Source: an uncultured Solirubrobacterales bacterium
Lineage (GTDB): Bacteria > Actinomycetota > Thermoleophilia > Solirubrobacterales > 70-9
DNA: 64,000 nucleotides
Direction: 5' to 3'
Assembly (NCBI GenBank): GCA_963740065.1
Contig: CAVUCS010000002.1
Location: 126,858-190,857 of the forward strand
Made by a program: the position numbers and the translations under genes. The notes beneath the pieces were generated by a model. The model did no database searches and had not been told where the DNA came from. It worked only from the letters and a program-made list of their open reading frames with translations. This document shows, piece by piece, positions 1 through 9,924 of this stretch; positions within the stretch are counted from its first letter, which is position 1, and each line of letters begins with the position of its first letter.

Positions 1-120
1 CTTCAGCCCGCGCATGGTCTCGCGCACCGAGCGCCACGCCCCGCGCACTCCGCCGGGCTCCGGCCCGCGCTCGACCTGGATCACGTCCTCATCTCTCAGG
101 TAAGGGAACTCGCCTGACAT
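1..120 (-). CDS. nuoI: NADH-quinone oxidoreductase subunit I, N-terminal fragment (continues past window start)
   Basis: Own translation from ATG at 120 on the minus strand gives MSGEFPYLRDEDVIQVERGPEPGGVRGAWRSVRETMRGLK, open to the window edge. It sits directly downstream of nuoH in nuoA-N order. The fragment is too short to reach the 4Fe-4S motifs. Confidence 0.45.
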   Translation of the reverse strand, partial: MSGEFPYLRDEDVIQVERGPEPGGVRGAWRSVRETMRGLK

Positions 121-179
121 AACTGGTTCACTCTCACTCAGTCGCGAAGAACCAGACCGTGACGCTCCTTCGTTCGGGC

Positions 180-1178
180 TCACAGGACCACCACCAGTAC
201 CGCCGTGACCAGGACGTTGAGGGTCGCCAGGGGGAGGAGGACTTTCCAGCCGAGGCTCATCAGCTGGTCGTAGCGCAGGCGCGGCAGCGTCGCCCGGACC
301 CAGATGAAGAGGAGGATCAAGACGAGGATCTTGGCCAGCATCCAGATCGGGTCGAGGAAGCTTGGGCCGGGCCCCATCCAGCCGCCGAGGAACATCGCGG
401 CCGCGATCCCGGAGACGACGATCAGCTCCATGTACTCGACCAGGAGGAAGCTGCCGAACCGCATCCCGCCGTACTCGGTCATGAAGCCCTGGACCAGCTC
501 GGCGTCGGCCTCAGGCAGGTCGAACGGCGAGCGGTTGGTCTCGGCGAAGCCGGCCAGCATGAAGATCACGAAGCCGACGATCTGGGGCACGATGAACCAC
601 ATCTCGCCCTGTGACTTGACGATGTCGACCAGGGAGAGCGAGCCGCTCATCATGATCACCCCGAGCAGGGCGAGGCCCATCGCCACCTCGTAGGAGATCA
701 GCTGCGCGGCGGAGCGCATCGCTCCAAGGAAGCTGTACTTCGAGCCGGAGGCCCAGCCGCCGAGAACCATCCCGTAGAACGCGATTGAGCCGACGGCAAA
801 GAAGTAGAGGATGCCGATCGGGACGTCGATCCCGTAGAGGCCGACGCCGTCCTGCACATCGCCCCAGGGGATGATCGCGAGCGCGAGCACGCCGGAGAGG
901 ACCGGCAGCAGCGGGCCGAGGATGAACAGCGTCGGGATCGCGTTCGCCGGGCGGAAGGCTTGCTTGCCGAGGAGCTTGCCGACATCGGCGAGCGGCTGCA
1001 GGATGCCGAAGGGGCCGACGCGGTTGGGGCCGTAGCGGTGCTGGAAGCGGCCGATCAGCTTGCGCTCCAACACGGTCATCAGCGGCAAGATCGCGAAGAT
1101 CACGCCGAAGATCACCAGCGACTTGACGATCATCACCCAGGTCGCCTCGGTGTAGCTGGTGTCGGCGAACGGGATCAC
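180..1178 (-). CDS. nuoH: NADH-quinone oxidoreductase subunit H
   Basis: Polytopic membrane protein with NuoH/ND1-like sequence (LERKLIGRFQHRYGPNRVGPFGILQPLAD, EYGGMRF). I chose the GTG start at 1178 because it overlaps the nuoG stop (GTGA). The longer track ORF (to 1454) is Arg/Pro-rich read-through into nuoG. Confidence 0.9.
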   Translation of the reverse strand: MIPFADTSYTEATWVMIVKSLVIFGVIFAILPLMTVLERKLIGRFQHRYGPNRVGPFGILQPLADVGKLLGKQAFRPANAIPTLFILGPLLPVLSGVLALAIIPWGDVQDGVGLYGIDVPIGILYFFAVGSIAFYGMVLGGWASGSKYSFLGAMRSAAQLISYEVAMGLALLGVIMMSGSLSLVDIVKSQGEMWFIVPQIVGFVIFMLAGFAETNRSPFDLPEADAELVQGFMTEYGGMRFGSFLLVEYMELIVVSGIAAAMFLGGWMGPGPSFLDPIWMLAKILVLILLFIWVRATLPRLRYDQLMSLGWKVLLPLATLNVLVTAVLVVVL

Positions 1179-3703
1179 GCGTCCACCTTCTCGATCTCGA
1201 CCGCGACCGGGCCGCCGTTGAGCAGCGCGTTGGCGTTCCCTTCGGCGGTGCCCTCGGTCAAGAAGCAGACCCCTTCGCTCACGCGTTCTTTGATCGCGAC
1301 CAGGGCGCGCAAGCTTGTTCCATTCTGGGACACGCTTACTTCGTCGCCGCTCCTCAGGTCCAGGCGCTCTGCGTCCGCCAAAGACAGTTCCACTCGTTGC
1401 TGGGGTTCGAGAAAGCGGAGAGGGGGGTTCAGCTCTGTGATCGGGCCGGCCCATAGGTCTCGGTAGGTGCCCAATGCCAGAGGGGCCGGTGTCCCCGAAG
1501 AGGGGTGGGCGTTGGTCCCTGGGGCGGTGGAGGCAGGGGGGGTCGCCTCGGCGAAAGCGCAGTCTTCCGGCGAGTCGACCCCCCCTGCCTTATTCGGCTC
1601 CAGCGGCTTGCTCCCGGCGTCGGGCAGAGAAGATGCTGCCGGGCGGTCCTGCCAACGCACTCCCTTACCTGCTATTTCGGAATCTTCGATCCCGGCGTAG
1701 AAGGGGACTGCTTCCGAGATTGCCGCCAAGGCTGAAGGCTGAGAAGCGATGCCGTGTTCGTCGCCCAGAGCTGCCGAGAGTTCAGCAAGGACGAGCAGGT
1801 TGGAGAGGACTTGGTCGGGACGGGCGGCGCTGGGGCGGACTCGTTGTAGGCGGCCGTCGGGGTGGGTGACGGTGCCGTCTTTTTCGGCGTGAGACTCGAG
1901 CGGGAGGACGACATCCGAGATTGCGGTCGTGGCGTTCTCGAACATCGAGAAGGTCACTACGTGGTCGGCTGCTGTGAGAGCTCGTTTCCAAGCTTCCGTG
2001 TCCGGGAAGTCGCGCAACGGGTCGACGCCGAAGAGGATTAGGGACTTGAGCTCGCCTGATTCGAGGGCGGCTCGGATCTCCTCGGTGCTCTTGCCCGGGG
2101 CGGTTTCCTCGAAGCCGGGGCCGGCGTCCGGGAGGCAGCCGACTTCGCGCAGCCCTCGGGCGTTGGCGCTCTCCGGAATCTCCAGAAGACCCGAGCCGTC
2201 CTTCCCGGCGAGATCGAGAGCGGCGGCGAGGTCGAGCAGGGCGGCACCGGCCTTCTCCCCCTCGCGCCCGATCCGCTCCCCCCAGATGACGACGATCGAA
2301 CCTGCCCCCTTCAGAATTGCCGCGATTTCGGCGGTCTGGCTCGGCGCTGTGGACTTTTGGGTCGCAGTAGCAACCTCAAAGTCGACAGCGCGCCCGAACG
2401 CGGTCTCCAGCTCGGCGAGGAAGCGGGTGGCGCCGCCGGGGGCGTAACGGGCGACCGCGGTCGCGCCGGAGTCGAGGGCGCTGGGGCGGTCGGTCGCCAC
2501 CGCCAGCCTGGCGCCGTTGCGGCGAATCGCCTTGCGGATGCGGAGGTCGAGGATCGGGGAGCCGTGTAGGGGGTCGACGCCGACTACGAGGATCGCGTCG
2601 GCGTCGTCGATGTCGCTGACGCGGGCGGAGATGCTCGGGTCGGCGAGGCGCAGGAGCGTTTCCCGGCTCGGCCCGCGGGAGGCGCGGGAGTCGATGTGCG
2701 GAGAGCCGAGCGCCTCGCGCGTCAGCTTCTGGAGGAGGAAGCCCTCCTCGTTGGAGGCGTCGCCGACGATCGCGGCGCTTGCGGCTTCGGCGGCCTTCAG
2801 TCCCGCCGCCGCCTTCGCGATCGCGTCTTCCCAGTCGGTCTCGCCGCCCTTCAGTCGCGGGCCCATCACTCGCTCTTCGGCGGCGAACATCTCAAAGCCG
2901 TAGCGGCCGCGGTCGCAGAGCCAGCCGTCGTCGACTTCCACGTTGTCGCGCGCCACCACCCGCTTCACCTTCTCGTCGCGGACGGTGAAGCTGACGTTGC
3001 ACTGGCTCGGGCAAAGCGTGCAGACCGAGCCGGCCTGCTCGATGTCCCAGGGCCGGGCGCGGAAGCGGTAGGTGTAGCTGGTCAGCGCGCCAACCGGGCA
3101 GAGGTCGGTGATGTTGCCGTGGAAGGGGGCGATGTAGGGGCGGTCGTCGAAGGTGCCGACGAAGGTGCGGTCGCCGCGCTCCAGAAGCTGTAGCTGCTCG
3201 TCCTCGGCAACCTCCTGACTGAAGCGCACGCAGCGGTAACAGAGGATGCAGCGCTCGCGGTCGATTGCGACCAGCGGGCTCAGCTCGATCGGCTTCTGGA
3301 AGTGCCGCTTTTGGTCCGTCATCCGGCTTTTCCCAGGGCCCCATCCCATCGAAATGTCCTGCAGCGGGCATTCGCCGCCTTTGTCGCAGACGGGGCAGTC
3401 GAGCGGGTGGTTGACGAGGAGGAACTCGACCACGGCGCTCTGCGCGCCTCTGACCTGGTCGGTCTGGGTATTGACGACCATGCCGTCGCGGACGGGCGTC
3501 GAGCAGGAGGTCTGCAGCTTCGGCATTCCCTCGATCTCGACCAGGCACATGCGGCAGGCGCCGACCGGCTCACCCAGCTTCGGCTCGTAACAGAAGACCG
3601 GGATCTCGACGTCGCCGCGCTTGGCCGCGTCGTGGAGCATCTCGCCCTCGATCGCGCTTACCTCGCGCCCATCGATGATCAGGGTCACTGCTCTGGCGCT
3701 CAC
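1175..3703 (-). CDS. nuoG: NADH-quinone oxidoreductase subunit G (75-kDa Fe-S/molybdopterin-like subunit)
   Basis: N-terminal 2Fe-2S and 4Fe-4S cysteine clusters (CYEPKLGEPVGACRMCLVE, HPLDCPVCDKGGECPLQD). The GTG start at 3703 overlaps the nuoF stop (GTGA) and is in frame with track ORF 1175..3940. Confidence 0.9.
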   Translation of the reverse strand: MSARAVTLIIDGREVSAIEGEMLHDAAKRGDVEIPVFCYEPKLGEPVGACRMCLVEIEGMPKLQTSCSTPVRDGMVVNTQTDQVRGAQSAVVEFLLVNHPLDCPVCDKGGECPLQDISMGWGPGKSRMTDQKRHFQKPIELSPLVAIDRERCILCYRCVRFSQEVAEDEQLQLLERGDRTFVGTFDDRPYIAPFHGNITDLCPVGALTSYTYRFRARPWDIEQAGSVCTLCPSQCNVSFTVRDEKVKRVVARDNVEVDDGWLCDRGRYGFEMFAAEERVMGPRLKGGETDWEDAIAKAAAGLKAAEAASAAIVGDASNEEGFLLQKLTREALGSPHIDSRASRGPSRETLLRLADPSISARVSDIDDADAILVVGVDPLHGSPILDLRIRKAIRRNGARLAVATDRPSALDSGATAVARYAPGGATRFLAELETAFGRAVDFEVATATQKSTAPSQTAEIAAILKGAGSIVVIWGERIGREGEKAGAALLDLAAALDLAGKDGSGLLEIPESANARGLREVGCLPDAGPGFEETAPGKSTEEIRAALESGELKSLILFGVDPLRDFPDTEAWKRALTAADHVVTFSMFENATTAISDVVLPLESHAEKDGTVTHPDGRLQRVRPSAARPDQVLSNLLVLAELSAALGDEHGIASQPSALAAISEAVPFYAGIEDSEIAGKGVRWQDRPAASSLPDAGSKPLEPNKAGGVDSPEDCAFAEATPPASTAPGTNAHPSSGTPAPLALGTYRDLWAGPITELNPPLRFLEPQQRVELSLADAERLDLRSGDEVSVSQNGTSLRALVAIKERVSEGVCFLTEGTAEGNANALLNGGPVAVEIEKVDA

Positions 3704-4971
3704 GCCGGCACCGCCTCGCGCCCGGCTTCGACGATTACGTCTTCGAACTCCTGCCGGAACTTGCGGACCATCGCGCCGACCGGCATCGCCATCGAGTCGC
3801 CGAGCACGCAGAGGCAGTGGCCGATGATGTTCTCCTGCACCGAAGCGACTATGTCGAGGTCCATCGGCGTCGCCTCGCCGCGGACGACGCGCTCGAGCAT
3901 CTTCACCGTCCAGTTGGTCCCCTCGCGACAGGGAGTGCACTTGCCGCAGGACTCGTGGTGGTAGAAGCGCGCCGTGCGCAGCGCCATGTGCGGGATCGAC
4001 ACCTCGTCGTCGGCGACGATGATTGAGCCGGAGCCGAGCATCGAGCCCGCCTCGGCCATCGCCTCGAAGCTGTAGGGGAGGTCCAGTTCGGCCGGGGTCA
4101 GGACTGGGGAGGAGGAGCCGCCGGGATAGAAGGCCTTCACATCGCGACCGTCAGCCGGCCCGCCCGCCAGGTCGTAGATCAACTCCCGCGTCGGCACGCC
4201 GAGCTCGACTTCGTAGTTGCCGGGGCGCTGGACGCAGCCGGAGACCGAGACGACCTTGGTGCCCGGCGACTGTTCGGTGCCAAAGCCCTTGAACCAGTCG
4301 GAGCCGTTGGCGACGATCCCCGGCACGTTGGAGAGCGTCTCGACGTTGTTGATCAGTGTCGGCCCGCCGTAGAGGCCCTGCACGGCGGGGAACGGAGGCT
4401 TCAGCCGCGGGTTGCCGCGCTTGCCCTCGAGCGCGTCGAGCAGCGCCGTCTCCTCGCCGCAGATGTAGGCGCCGGCGCCGCGGTGGACGACCAGCTCCAG
4501 ATCGCGGTGGGTGCCGAGAATGTCTCTGCCGAGGTAGCCCGCCTGGTAGGCCTCGGCGACCGCGGCGTCGAGGATGTCGGCCTGCAGGTCGTACTCGCCG
4601 CGGATGAAGATGAAGGCATGGCCGGCGTCGGCGGCAAGGGCGGCGATCGCGATCCCCTCGATCAGCTGGTGTGGGTTCTTCTGCATCAGCTCGCGGTCCT
4701 TGAAGGCGCCGGGCTCGGACTCGTCGGCGTTGCAGCAGAGGTACTTCTGCATCTCCCCGCGGGGCAGGAAGGAGGCCTTTTTGCCCATCGAGAAGCCGGC
4801 GCCGCCGCGGCCGCGCAAGCCGGAGTTCTCCAGCTCGGTCAGCACCTCGTCGGCCTCCATCTCGCGGTAGGCCTTTTTCAGGGTGGCGTAGCCGCCGTAT
4901 CTCTCGTAACCGGCGAGCGTGCGTAGCGCCGGGTCGTCGGCGTGCTTGAGCAGTACCCGCGTCTCAGGCAT
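3700..4971 (-). CDS. nuoF: NADH-quinone oxidoreductase subunit F (NADH/FMN-binding)
   Basis: Carries GLRGRGGAGFSMGKK, the FMN/NADH site sequence CNADESEPGAFKDR, and the C-terminal ESCGKCTPCREG 4Fe-4S motif. Confidence 0.95.
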   Translation of the reverse strand: MPETRVLLKHADDPALRTLAGYERYGGYATLKKAYREMEADEVLTELENSGLRGRGGAGFSMGKKASFLPRGEMQKYLCCNADESEPGAFKDRELMQKNPHQLIEGIAIAALAADAGHAFIFIRGEYDLQADILDAAVAEAYQAGYLGRDILGTHRDLELVVHRGAGAYICGEETALLDALEGKRGNPRLKPPFPAVQGLYGGPTLINNVETLSNVPGIVANGSDWFKGFGTEQSPGTKVVSVSGCVQRPGNYEVELGVPTRELIYDLAGGPADGRDVKAFYPGGSSSPVLTPAELDLPYSFEAMAEAGSMLGSGSIIVADDEVSIPHMALRTARFYHHESCGKCTPCREGTNWTVKMLERVVRGEATPMDLDIVASVQENIIGHCLCVLGDSMAMPVGAMVRKFRQEFEDVIVEAGREAVPA

Positions 4972-5560
4972 CGGGGCCTCCCGCCAACGGCCGCTTGCCC
5001 AGCGCCTTCTCGGGCAGCACCTCGCCGCCCGCCGCCAACTGCTCGATCGCCGTCGCCGCGTCCTCGCCCTCCAGCGGGCCGAAGTAGCGCTCGTTGATCG
5101 AGGCCATCGGGGCGATGTCGCAGGCGCCCAGGCACTCGAACCCGGTGACGAAGACGTCCTGCTGCCCCTCGGCGGCGGCGCGGAAGGCGTCGAGCAGCTC
5201 GTCCCCGCCCCGCATCCAGCAGCTGATGTTGGTGCAGACCGCGACCTTGTGGGTGCCGACCGGCTCGGTGTGGAGCAGGTCGTAGAAGCTGGCGACCGAC
5301 TCCAGGTAGGCGGGAGTCACCCGCATCACCGCGGCTGCCTGGCGGATCCCTTCCGGCGTGCACCACCCGTACAAACGCTGCACGGCCCAAAGAGCGGGGA
5401 TCGAGGCGGATCTGCGGTCGGGATAGCGCCCCATCAGCGTCTCGATGTGCTCGCGCAGCTCGTCGGGGCACGCAACCTCATGAAGCTCGGGAACACCCTC
5501 GGGATTGCGATCCGGAACTCGTCCCTCGGTCAGCGCCTTGTCGATCGGCAGCTCGCTCAC
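4964..5560 (-). CDS. nuoE: NADH-quinone oxidoreductase subunit E (2Fe-2S)
   Basis: Thioredoxin-like 2Fe-2S subunit pattern (VCTNISCWMRGG ... CLGACDIAPM), positioned between nuoD and nuoF. Confidence 0.9.
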   Translation of the reverse strand: MSELPIDKALTEGRVPDRNPEGVPELHEVACPDELREHIETLMGRYPDRRSASIPALWAVQRLYGWCTPEGIRQAAAVMRVTPAYLESVASFYDLLHTEPVGTHKVAVCTNISCWMRGGDELLDAFRAAAEGQQDVFVTGFECLGACDIAPMASINERYFGPLEGEDAATAIEQLAAGGEVLPEKALGKRPLAGGPDA

Positions 5561-6747
5561 CGGTCCACCCCGCCGAGGATCGGGTCCAGCATTCCGAGGC
5601 TGGCGATCATGTCGGCGACGTAACTGCCGACCGCCATCTCTCTGAACGCCTGCAGGTTGACGAAGGAGGGGTCGCGGAAGTGCACACGGGCGGGCTTCGA
5701 GGAGCCGTCGGCGAGGACGAAGCAGCCCAGCTCCCCGCGCGGCGACTCGATCGAGTAGTAGATCTCGCCCGGGCCGACCCGGAAGCCCTCGGTAACCAGC
5801 TTGAAGTGGTGGATCAGTGACTCCATCGAGGTCGACAGCTCCGAGCGCGGCGGCAGCACGTACTTACGGTCGTCAGCGATGTGCGGCCCCTCGGGCAGTC
5901 CGTCGAGCGCCTGCTCGATGATCCGCGTCGACTCGACCATCTCCGCCATCCGCACCCGGTAGCGGTCGTAGCCGTCGCCGACCGTGCCGACCGGGATCTT
6001 GAAGTCGAAATCGGGATAGGCGAGGTAGTCGAAGGCCTTGCGCAGGTCCCAGGGCTCGCCCGCGGCGCGCAGCAGCGGCCCGGTCACGCCCAGCTCCAAG
6101 AGCCGCTCGCGCGGGACGGTGCCGACGCCTTTCGTCCGCTGCAGGAAGATCTCGTTGCGGTCGAGCATCGCCTGGTACTGCTCCACGCGCGTCGGCATGT
6201 CCTCGACGAAGGCGCGCAGTTTGGCCTCGAAGCCGAGCGGAATGTCCTCGACCACCCCGCCGACCTGAAAGTAGCGGGTGTGCATCCGCTGTCCGGCCGC
6301 CATCTCGAACAGGTCGAGGATCTTGTCGCGCTCGCGGAAGCAGTACCAGAGCATCGAGATCGCGCCGAGGTCCAGCGCCGTCGTCCCCAGCCAGACCAGG
6401 TGGGAGTGGATCCGGTTCAGCTCGAGGAAGATCACCCGCAGGTATCTCGCCCGCTCCGGGATCTCCAGCTCGACCAGCCGCTCGACCGCGCCGCAGAAGG
6501 CCTCCATCTGGAAGAAGTAGGAGAGGTAGTCCATCCGCTCGACGAAGGGGATGACCTTCCAGTAGCTCTTGTCCTCGCAGGACTTCTCGATCCCGGTGTG
6601 GACGTAGCCGATCACCGGCTTCAGGTCTCGGACCACCTCACCTTCGAGATCGACGATCAGCCGCAGCACCCCGTGGGTCGCCGGGTGGTGCGGCCCGATG
6701 TTGACCGTCATTACCTCGGTGGTGCGATCCTCGACCAGTTCAGCCAC
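5557..6747 (-). CDS. nuoD: NADH-quinone oxidoreductase subunit D
   Basis: 49-kDa subunit signature (NIGPHHPATHGVLRL, ERMDYLS, HRGELGC-like end), with the expected operon position and size (396 aa). Confidence 0.95.
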   Translation of the reverse strand: MAELVEDRTTEVMTVNIGPHHPATHGVLRLIVDLEGEVVRDLKPVIGYVHTGIEKSCEDKSYWKVIPFVERMDYLSYFFQMEAFCGAVERLVELEIPERARYLRVIFLELNRIHSHLVWLGTTALDLGAISMLWYCFRERDKILDLFEMAAGQRMHTRYFQVGGVVEDIPLGFEAKLRAFVEDMPTRVEQYQAMLDRNEIFLQRTKGVGTVPRERLLELGVTGPLLRAAGEPWDLRKAFDYLAYPDFDFKIPVGTVGDGYDRYRVRMAEMVESTRIIEQALDGLPEGPHIADDRKYVLPPRSELSTSMESLIHHFKLVTEGFRVGPGEIYYSIESPRGELGCFVLADGSSKPARVHFRDPSFVNLQAFREMAVGSYVADMIASLGMLDPILGGVDR

Positions 6748-7258
6748 GATCGCCCTCGTTGTGAGTGAAGGTCACGGGCTCTCCGCCCACCGGGAAGTCC
6801 CGCCGTTGCGGCCAGCCAACGTAATCGTCTGGGAGCAGGATGCGAGTCAAGTCGGGGTGACCTCTGAAGACAATCCCAAAGAAGTCGTAGGCCTCCCGCT
6901 CCTGAAACTCAGCGGTCGGGAACAACTCCACACAGGAGTCGATCTCCGGGAGGGCGTCCTCGCCGGGGTCAGCCAGCATCGCTTTTACGCGGAGCCGTTC
7001 CACTCGATCGCGGTTCAGGAGCTCGTAGTGGACGCCGAAGCGAGGGGAGGCCGGCAGGTAGTCGGCGGCGTGGAGGCTTGAGAGGAAGGCGTAGCCCTGG
7101 CCCGGGGCGTCGCGGAGCCAGCGCAGGACGTCCAGCACCTGCGCCGGGTCGACGACAAGCGTTGCTCCGCCGCGATCGAAGACGGTGTCGAGCACGGCGC
7201 CAGGGTGGTCCTGCTCGATTTCCCCCCGGATCAGCTCGAGACCCGGAGCATCAGGCAC
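6740..7258 (-). CDS. nuoC: NADH-quinone oxidoreductase subunit C
   Basis: 30-kDa subunit-like ([18 protein letters not shown]), located between nuoB and nuoD. Confidence 0.85.
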   Translation of the reverse strand: MPDAPGLELIRGEIEQDHPGAVLDTVFDRGGATLVVDPAQVLDVLRWLRDAPGQGYAFLSSLHAADYLPASPRFGVHYELLNRDRVERLRVKAMLADPGEDALPEIDSCVELFPTAEFQEREAYDFFGIVFRGHPDLTRILLPDDYVGWPQRRDFPVGGEPVTFTHNEGDRG

Positions 7259-7922
7259 GGATCAACCCCCTGGCCCTCTCGTAAGCCTCTGCCGCTTCGG
7301 GACTTGGCTCGCTCGTCGGCCCGCCGCGCGCCCATTCCTCGGTACCGGCGGCGTTGTAGCGCTGCCGCCAGCCCTGGTCTGGATTGCCCTGGATCTTGCG
7401 CTGCAGCTTGTTGAAGCCGTAGAGGACCGCCTCCGGCCGCGGCGGGCAGCCGGGGACGTGGATGTCGATCGGCATGAACTTGTCGGCGCCCTGCACAACC
7501 GCGTAGTTGGCGAACATGCCGCCACTGGAGGAGCAAGCGCCCATCGACATCGCCCACTTCGGCTCCAGCATCTGGTCGTAGAGGCGGCGGATGACCGGCG
7601 CCATCTTGATCGAGACCCGGCCCGAGAGAATGATCAGGTCCGCCTGGCGCGGTGAGGCGCGTCCGGCCTCCGCGCCGAAGCGGCCAATGTCGTATCGGGC
7701 CGTAACGGCCGCCATCGGTATGCCCTCAATCGCACAGCAGGCAAGGCCAAAAGTGAGCGGGAAGATCGCGTTCGAGCGCGCCAAGTTGAGCATGTCCTCG
7801 AAGCGGGTGGTCACGACCCGTTCCTCGACGTAGCGCTCCAGCTCCTCTCCCTCGAGGTCGCCGCGCAGCATGTCGCGGGCGCGCAGTCCCTTCCCTCTAA
7901 GTGTCTGGCGTTCTATTTCCAA
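7251..7922 (-). CDS. nuoB: NADH-quinone oxidoreductase subunit B (N2 cluster)
   Basis: Carries [19 protein letters not shown] and VPGCPPRPE motifs. The track start at 7922 is a TTG overlapping nuoA; an ATG at 7871 is an alternative start. There is a roughly 40-aa C-terminal extension after KLQRKI. Confidence 0.88.
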   Translation of the reverse strand: MEIERQTLRGKGLRARDMLRGDLEGEELERYVEERVVTTRFEDMLNLARSNAIFPLTFGLACCAIEGIPMAAVTARYDIGRFGAEAGRASPRQADLIILSGRVSIKMAPVIRRLYDQMLEPKWAMSMGACSSSGGMFANYAVVQGADKFMPIDIHVPGCPPRPEAVLYGFNKLQRKIQGNPDQGWRQRYNAAGTEEWARGGPTSEPSPEAAEAYERARGLIRA

Positions 7923-8323
7923 TCGAGGGCTCCCTTGCGCCAGACGTAGACGAAGGCGACCATCAGCAGGACGACGAAGGTGATCAGCTCGCCGAGGATG
8001 AAGACGCTGTCCGCACCCTTGAGGATCACCCCGACCGGGTAGAGGAAGACGACTTCGATGTCAAAGAGGATGAAAAGCATCGCGACCAGGTAGAAGCTGA
8101 TCCCGAAGCGGAAACCGCGCATCGCCTCGACCGGGATCCCCGACTCGTACGGTTCGTCCTGGCGGCGGCTCGCTGCCGTCGGGCGCTTCGGGCGCTTCGG
8201 CCCGATCACGTGGTTGAGCATCGCGAAGGCGCTCCCGACCGTGAGGCCGAGGAATCCGAAGACGAGTATCGGTAGGTAGCTCTTGAGCACCGCAGGGTGC
8301 GTTATACACCCACCTTGTGACAA
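7913..8323 (-). CDS. nuoA: NADH-quinone oxidoreductase subunit A
   Basis: Small 3-TM protein with a NuoA-like core (YESGIPV...[10 protein letters not shown]) and the first gene of the operon. The start is uncertain: TTG at 8323 or GTG at 8290. Confidence 0.85.
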   Translation of the reverse strand: MSQGGCITHPAVLKSYLPILVFGFLGLTVGSAFAMLNHVIGPKRPKRPTAASRRQDEPYESGIPVEAMRGFRFGISFYLVAMLFILFDIEVVFLYPVGVILKGADSVFILGELITFVVLLMVAFVYVWRKGALDWK

Positions 8324-8386
8324 CTTGCTACATAGTGTTATTCCGCATCAGGAAGCCGAATTCCGACCCTTTAAGGCGGATATAGG

Positions 8387-8824
8387 ATGGCCGAAGTCCA
8401 CCTGGTCACCGGCGTCGCGGTTCTGGTATTGAACCTCGCTGCCGGTGCGGTTGGCGGAATCGCTTGGTTTCGCGACCGCGCTTCGGTCCCGTTCTGGTAC
8501 CTGCTCCGTGCCGCCCAGGCCTCGGTCTTCCTCCAGGTGATGTTGGGAGGCCTGCTGGTCTTCACCAACCACGAGGCCCCCGACGACCTCCACTACCTGT
8601 ACGGGATCCTCCCCCTCGTCGTCTCCTTTATTGCCGAGGGCGCCCGTGCCGGCGCCGCCGAGCGGGAGCTTGGCGACGTTGACTTCGAGTCGCTTCCCTC
8701 CGAGACCCAACAGTCCCTCGCCCTCGCCATAGTCCGGCGTGAGATGGGGATCATGGCCGTCAGCTGCGGAGTTATCTTCTTTCTCGCCCTGCGAGCGGCG
8801 GGCACCAGCGGGCACCTCTTTTAG
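8387..8824 (+). CDS. hypothetical integral membrane protein (about 4 TM)
   Basis: ATG-initiated ORF with hydrophobic segments and coding-like composition. I recognise no family. Confidence 0.5.
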   Translation: MAEVHLVTGVAVLVLNLAAGAVGGIAWFRDRASVPFWYLLRAAQASVFLQVMLGGLLVFTNHEAPDDLHYLYGILPLVVSFIAEGARAGAAERELGDVDFESLPSETQQSLALAIVRREMGIMAVSCGVIFFLALRAAGTSGHLF

Positions 8825-8826
8825 CC

Positions 8827-9597
8827 ATGCGCACGTTCGCCGTTCACGAGGATGTCGTCGTCGCGGTTGGGGCGATCTGGCAGACGACCTGCACCGCCGT
8901 CCGCGCCGGCGATGAAGCGTTCCTGATCGACTCGCCGATCCTGCCGGAGGAGCTGGAGGCGCTGCCAAAGATCCTGGAGGGGGCCGGCTTCCCGATCGCG
9001 GGGTTGCTCGTCACCCACGCCGACTGGGACCACCTGCTCGGACGATACGCCTACCCGGAGGCCTCGATCGGCTGCGGTGAGACCACCGCGGCCCGCCTCG
9101 CCGCCGAGCCCGGCGCCGCCCAGCGCGAGCTGCGCGACTTCGACGAGGAGTACTTGATCGAGCGTTCGCCGCTCTCGCTCTCCGGCGTGCAGGCGCTGCC
9201 CGTGCCCGGCCGTTGCGAGCTCGGCGAGCGCGAGTTGGAGCTGCACCCGGCCGACGGGCACACCTCCGACGGCACGGCGATCTGGATCCCCTGGGCGAGC
9301 GTTCTCGTCTGCGGCGACTACCTCTCACCCGCTGCGATCCCGGAGCTGTCGCCGAGCAGCTCCATCGACGGATTCCTCGAAACCCTGCATCGGCTCGAGC
9401 CTTTCGTTGAGAAGTCCGAGTCCGTCGTCCCCGGCCACGGCGAGCCGCTCGATTCCGCCCGCGCCGCGGCGGTCCTGCGCGAGGACATCGCCTACATCGA
9501 GGCGCTCAAGAGCGTCGGCATCGACGCCCCGCTTCCACCCAGCCGCCGAACCGCGGGGCAGAAGAGACTGCACGAGTACAACGTCTCTCTTCTCTAG
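8827..9597 (+). CDS. MBL-fold metallo-hydrolase
   Basis: H-x-D-x-D-H type metal motif (LLVTHADWDHLLG) with later His/Asp ligands (PADGHTSDG, VPGHG). Confidence 0.7.
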   Translation: MRTFAVHEDVVVAVGAIWQTTCTAVRAGDEAFLIDSPILPEELEALPKILEGAGFPIAGLLVTHADWDHLLGRYAYPEASIGCGETTAARLAAEPGAAQRELRDFDEEYLIERSPLSLSGVQALPVPGRCELGERELELHPADGHTSDGTAIWIPWASVLVCGDYLSPAAIPELSPSSSIDGFLETLHRLEPFVEKSESVVPGHGEPLDSARAAAVLREDIAYIEALKSVGIDAPLPPSRRTAGQKRLHEYNVSLL

Positions 9598-9924
9598 TCA
9601 GCGTCGGCGCCGGTCGCGTTGGCCGGACTTCTTTCGCCCGCGGGCTTCGAGCTTGGAGCGGGAGGACTCGGCGGCGGGGACTTTCCGCAAGCCGATCAGC
9701 TGCGGGATGAGGATCTCCTCGGCGCAGCGGCTGTGCCAGTGGTGGTGGTCGGTGCCGCCGAGGCGGCGGACGTACTGGACGATCGTGTGGTCGGCGCCGA
9801 TCTCAACCTCGCCGTGGCAGCCGGGGCAGCGATAGAGCTTCTGGGAGATGCCTCGGATCAGCCAGGCTTCGTCGCCTTCGTCGTTGCGCCCGCTCAAACT
9901 CCAGCGCTTGCTCGGCCCGTCCAT
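9598..9924 (-). CDS. small conserved CxxC/HxxC zinc-ribbon-like protein with a basic tail
   Basis: 108-aa product from the ATG at 9924 (MDGPSKRW...YRCPGCHGEV...HHHWHSRCAEE...RKKSGQRDRRRR). Its ATG overlaps the stop of the upstream flavin reductase (ATGA). The longer track ORF is read-through. Confidence 0.55.
   Translation of the reverse strand: MDGPSKRWSLSGRNDEGDEAWLIRGISQKLYRCPGCHGEVEIGADHTIVQYVRRLGGTDHHHWHSRCAEEILIPQLIGLRKVPAAESSRSKLEARGRKKSGQRDRRRR

Noticed and set aside
7251-7400. The C-terminal ~40-aa extension of NuoB (after KLQRKI) as a possible fused domain.
   Set aside because: It is low-complexity and charged, overlaps nuoC by only 8 nt as usual, and carries no motif. It is most likely a lineage-specific tail and is not pursued.
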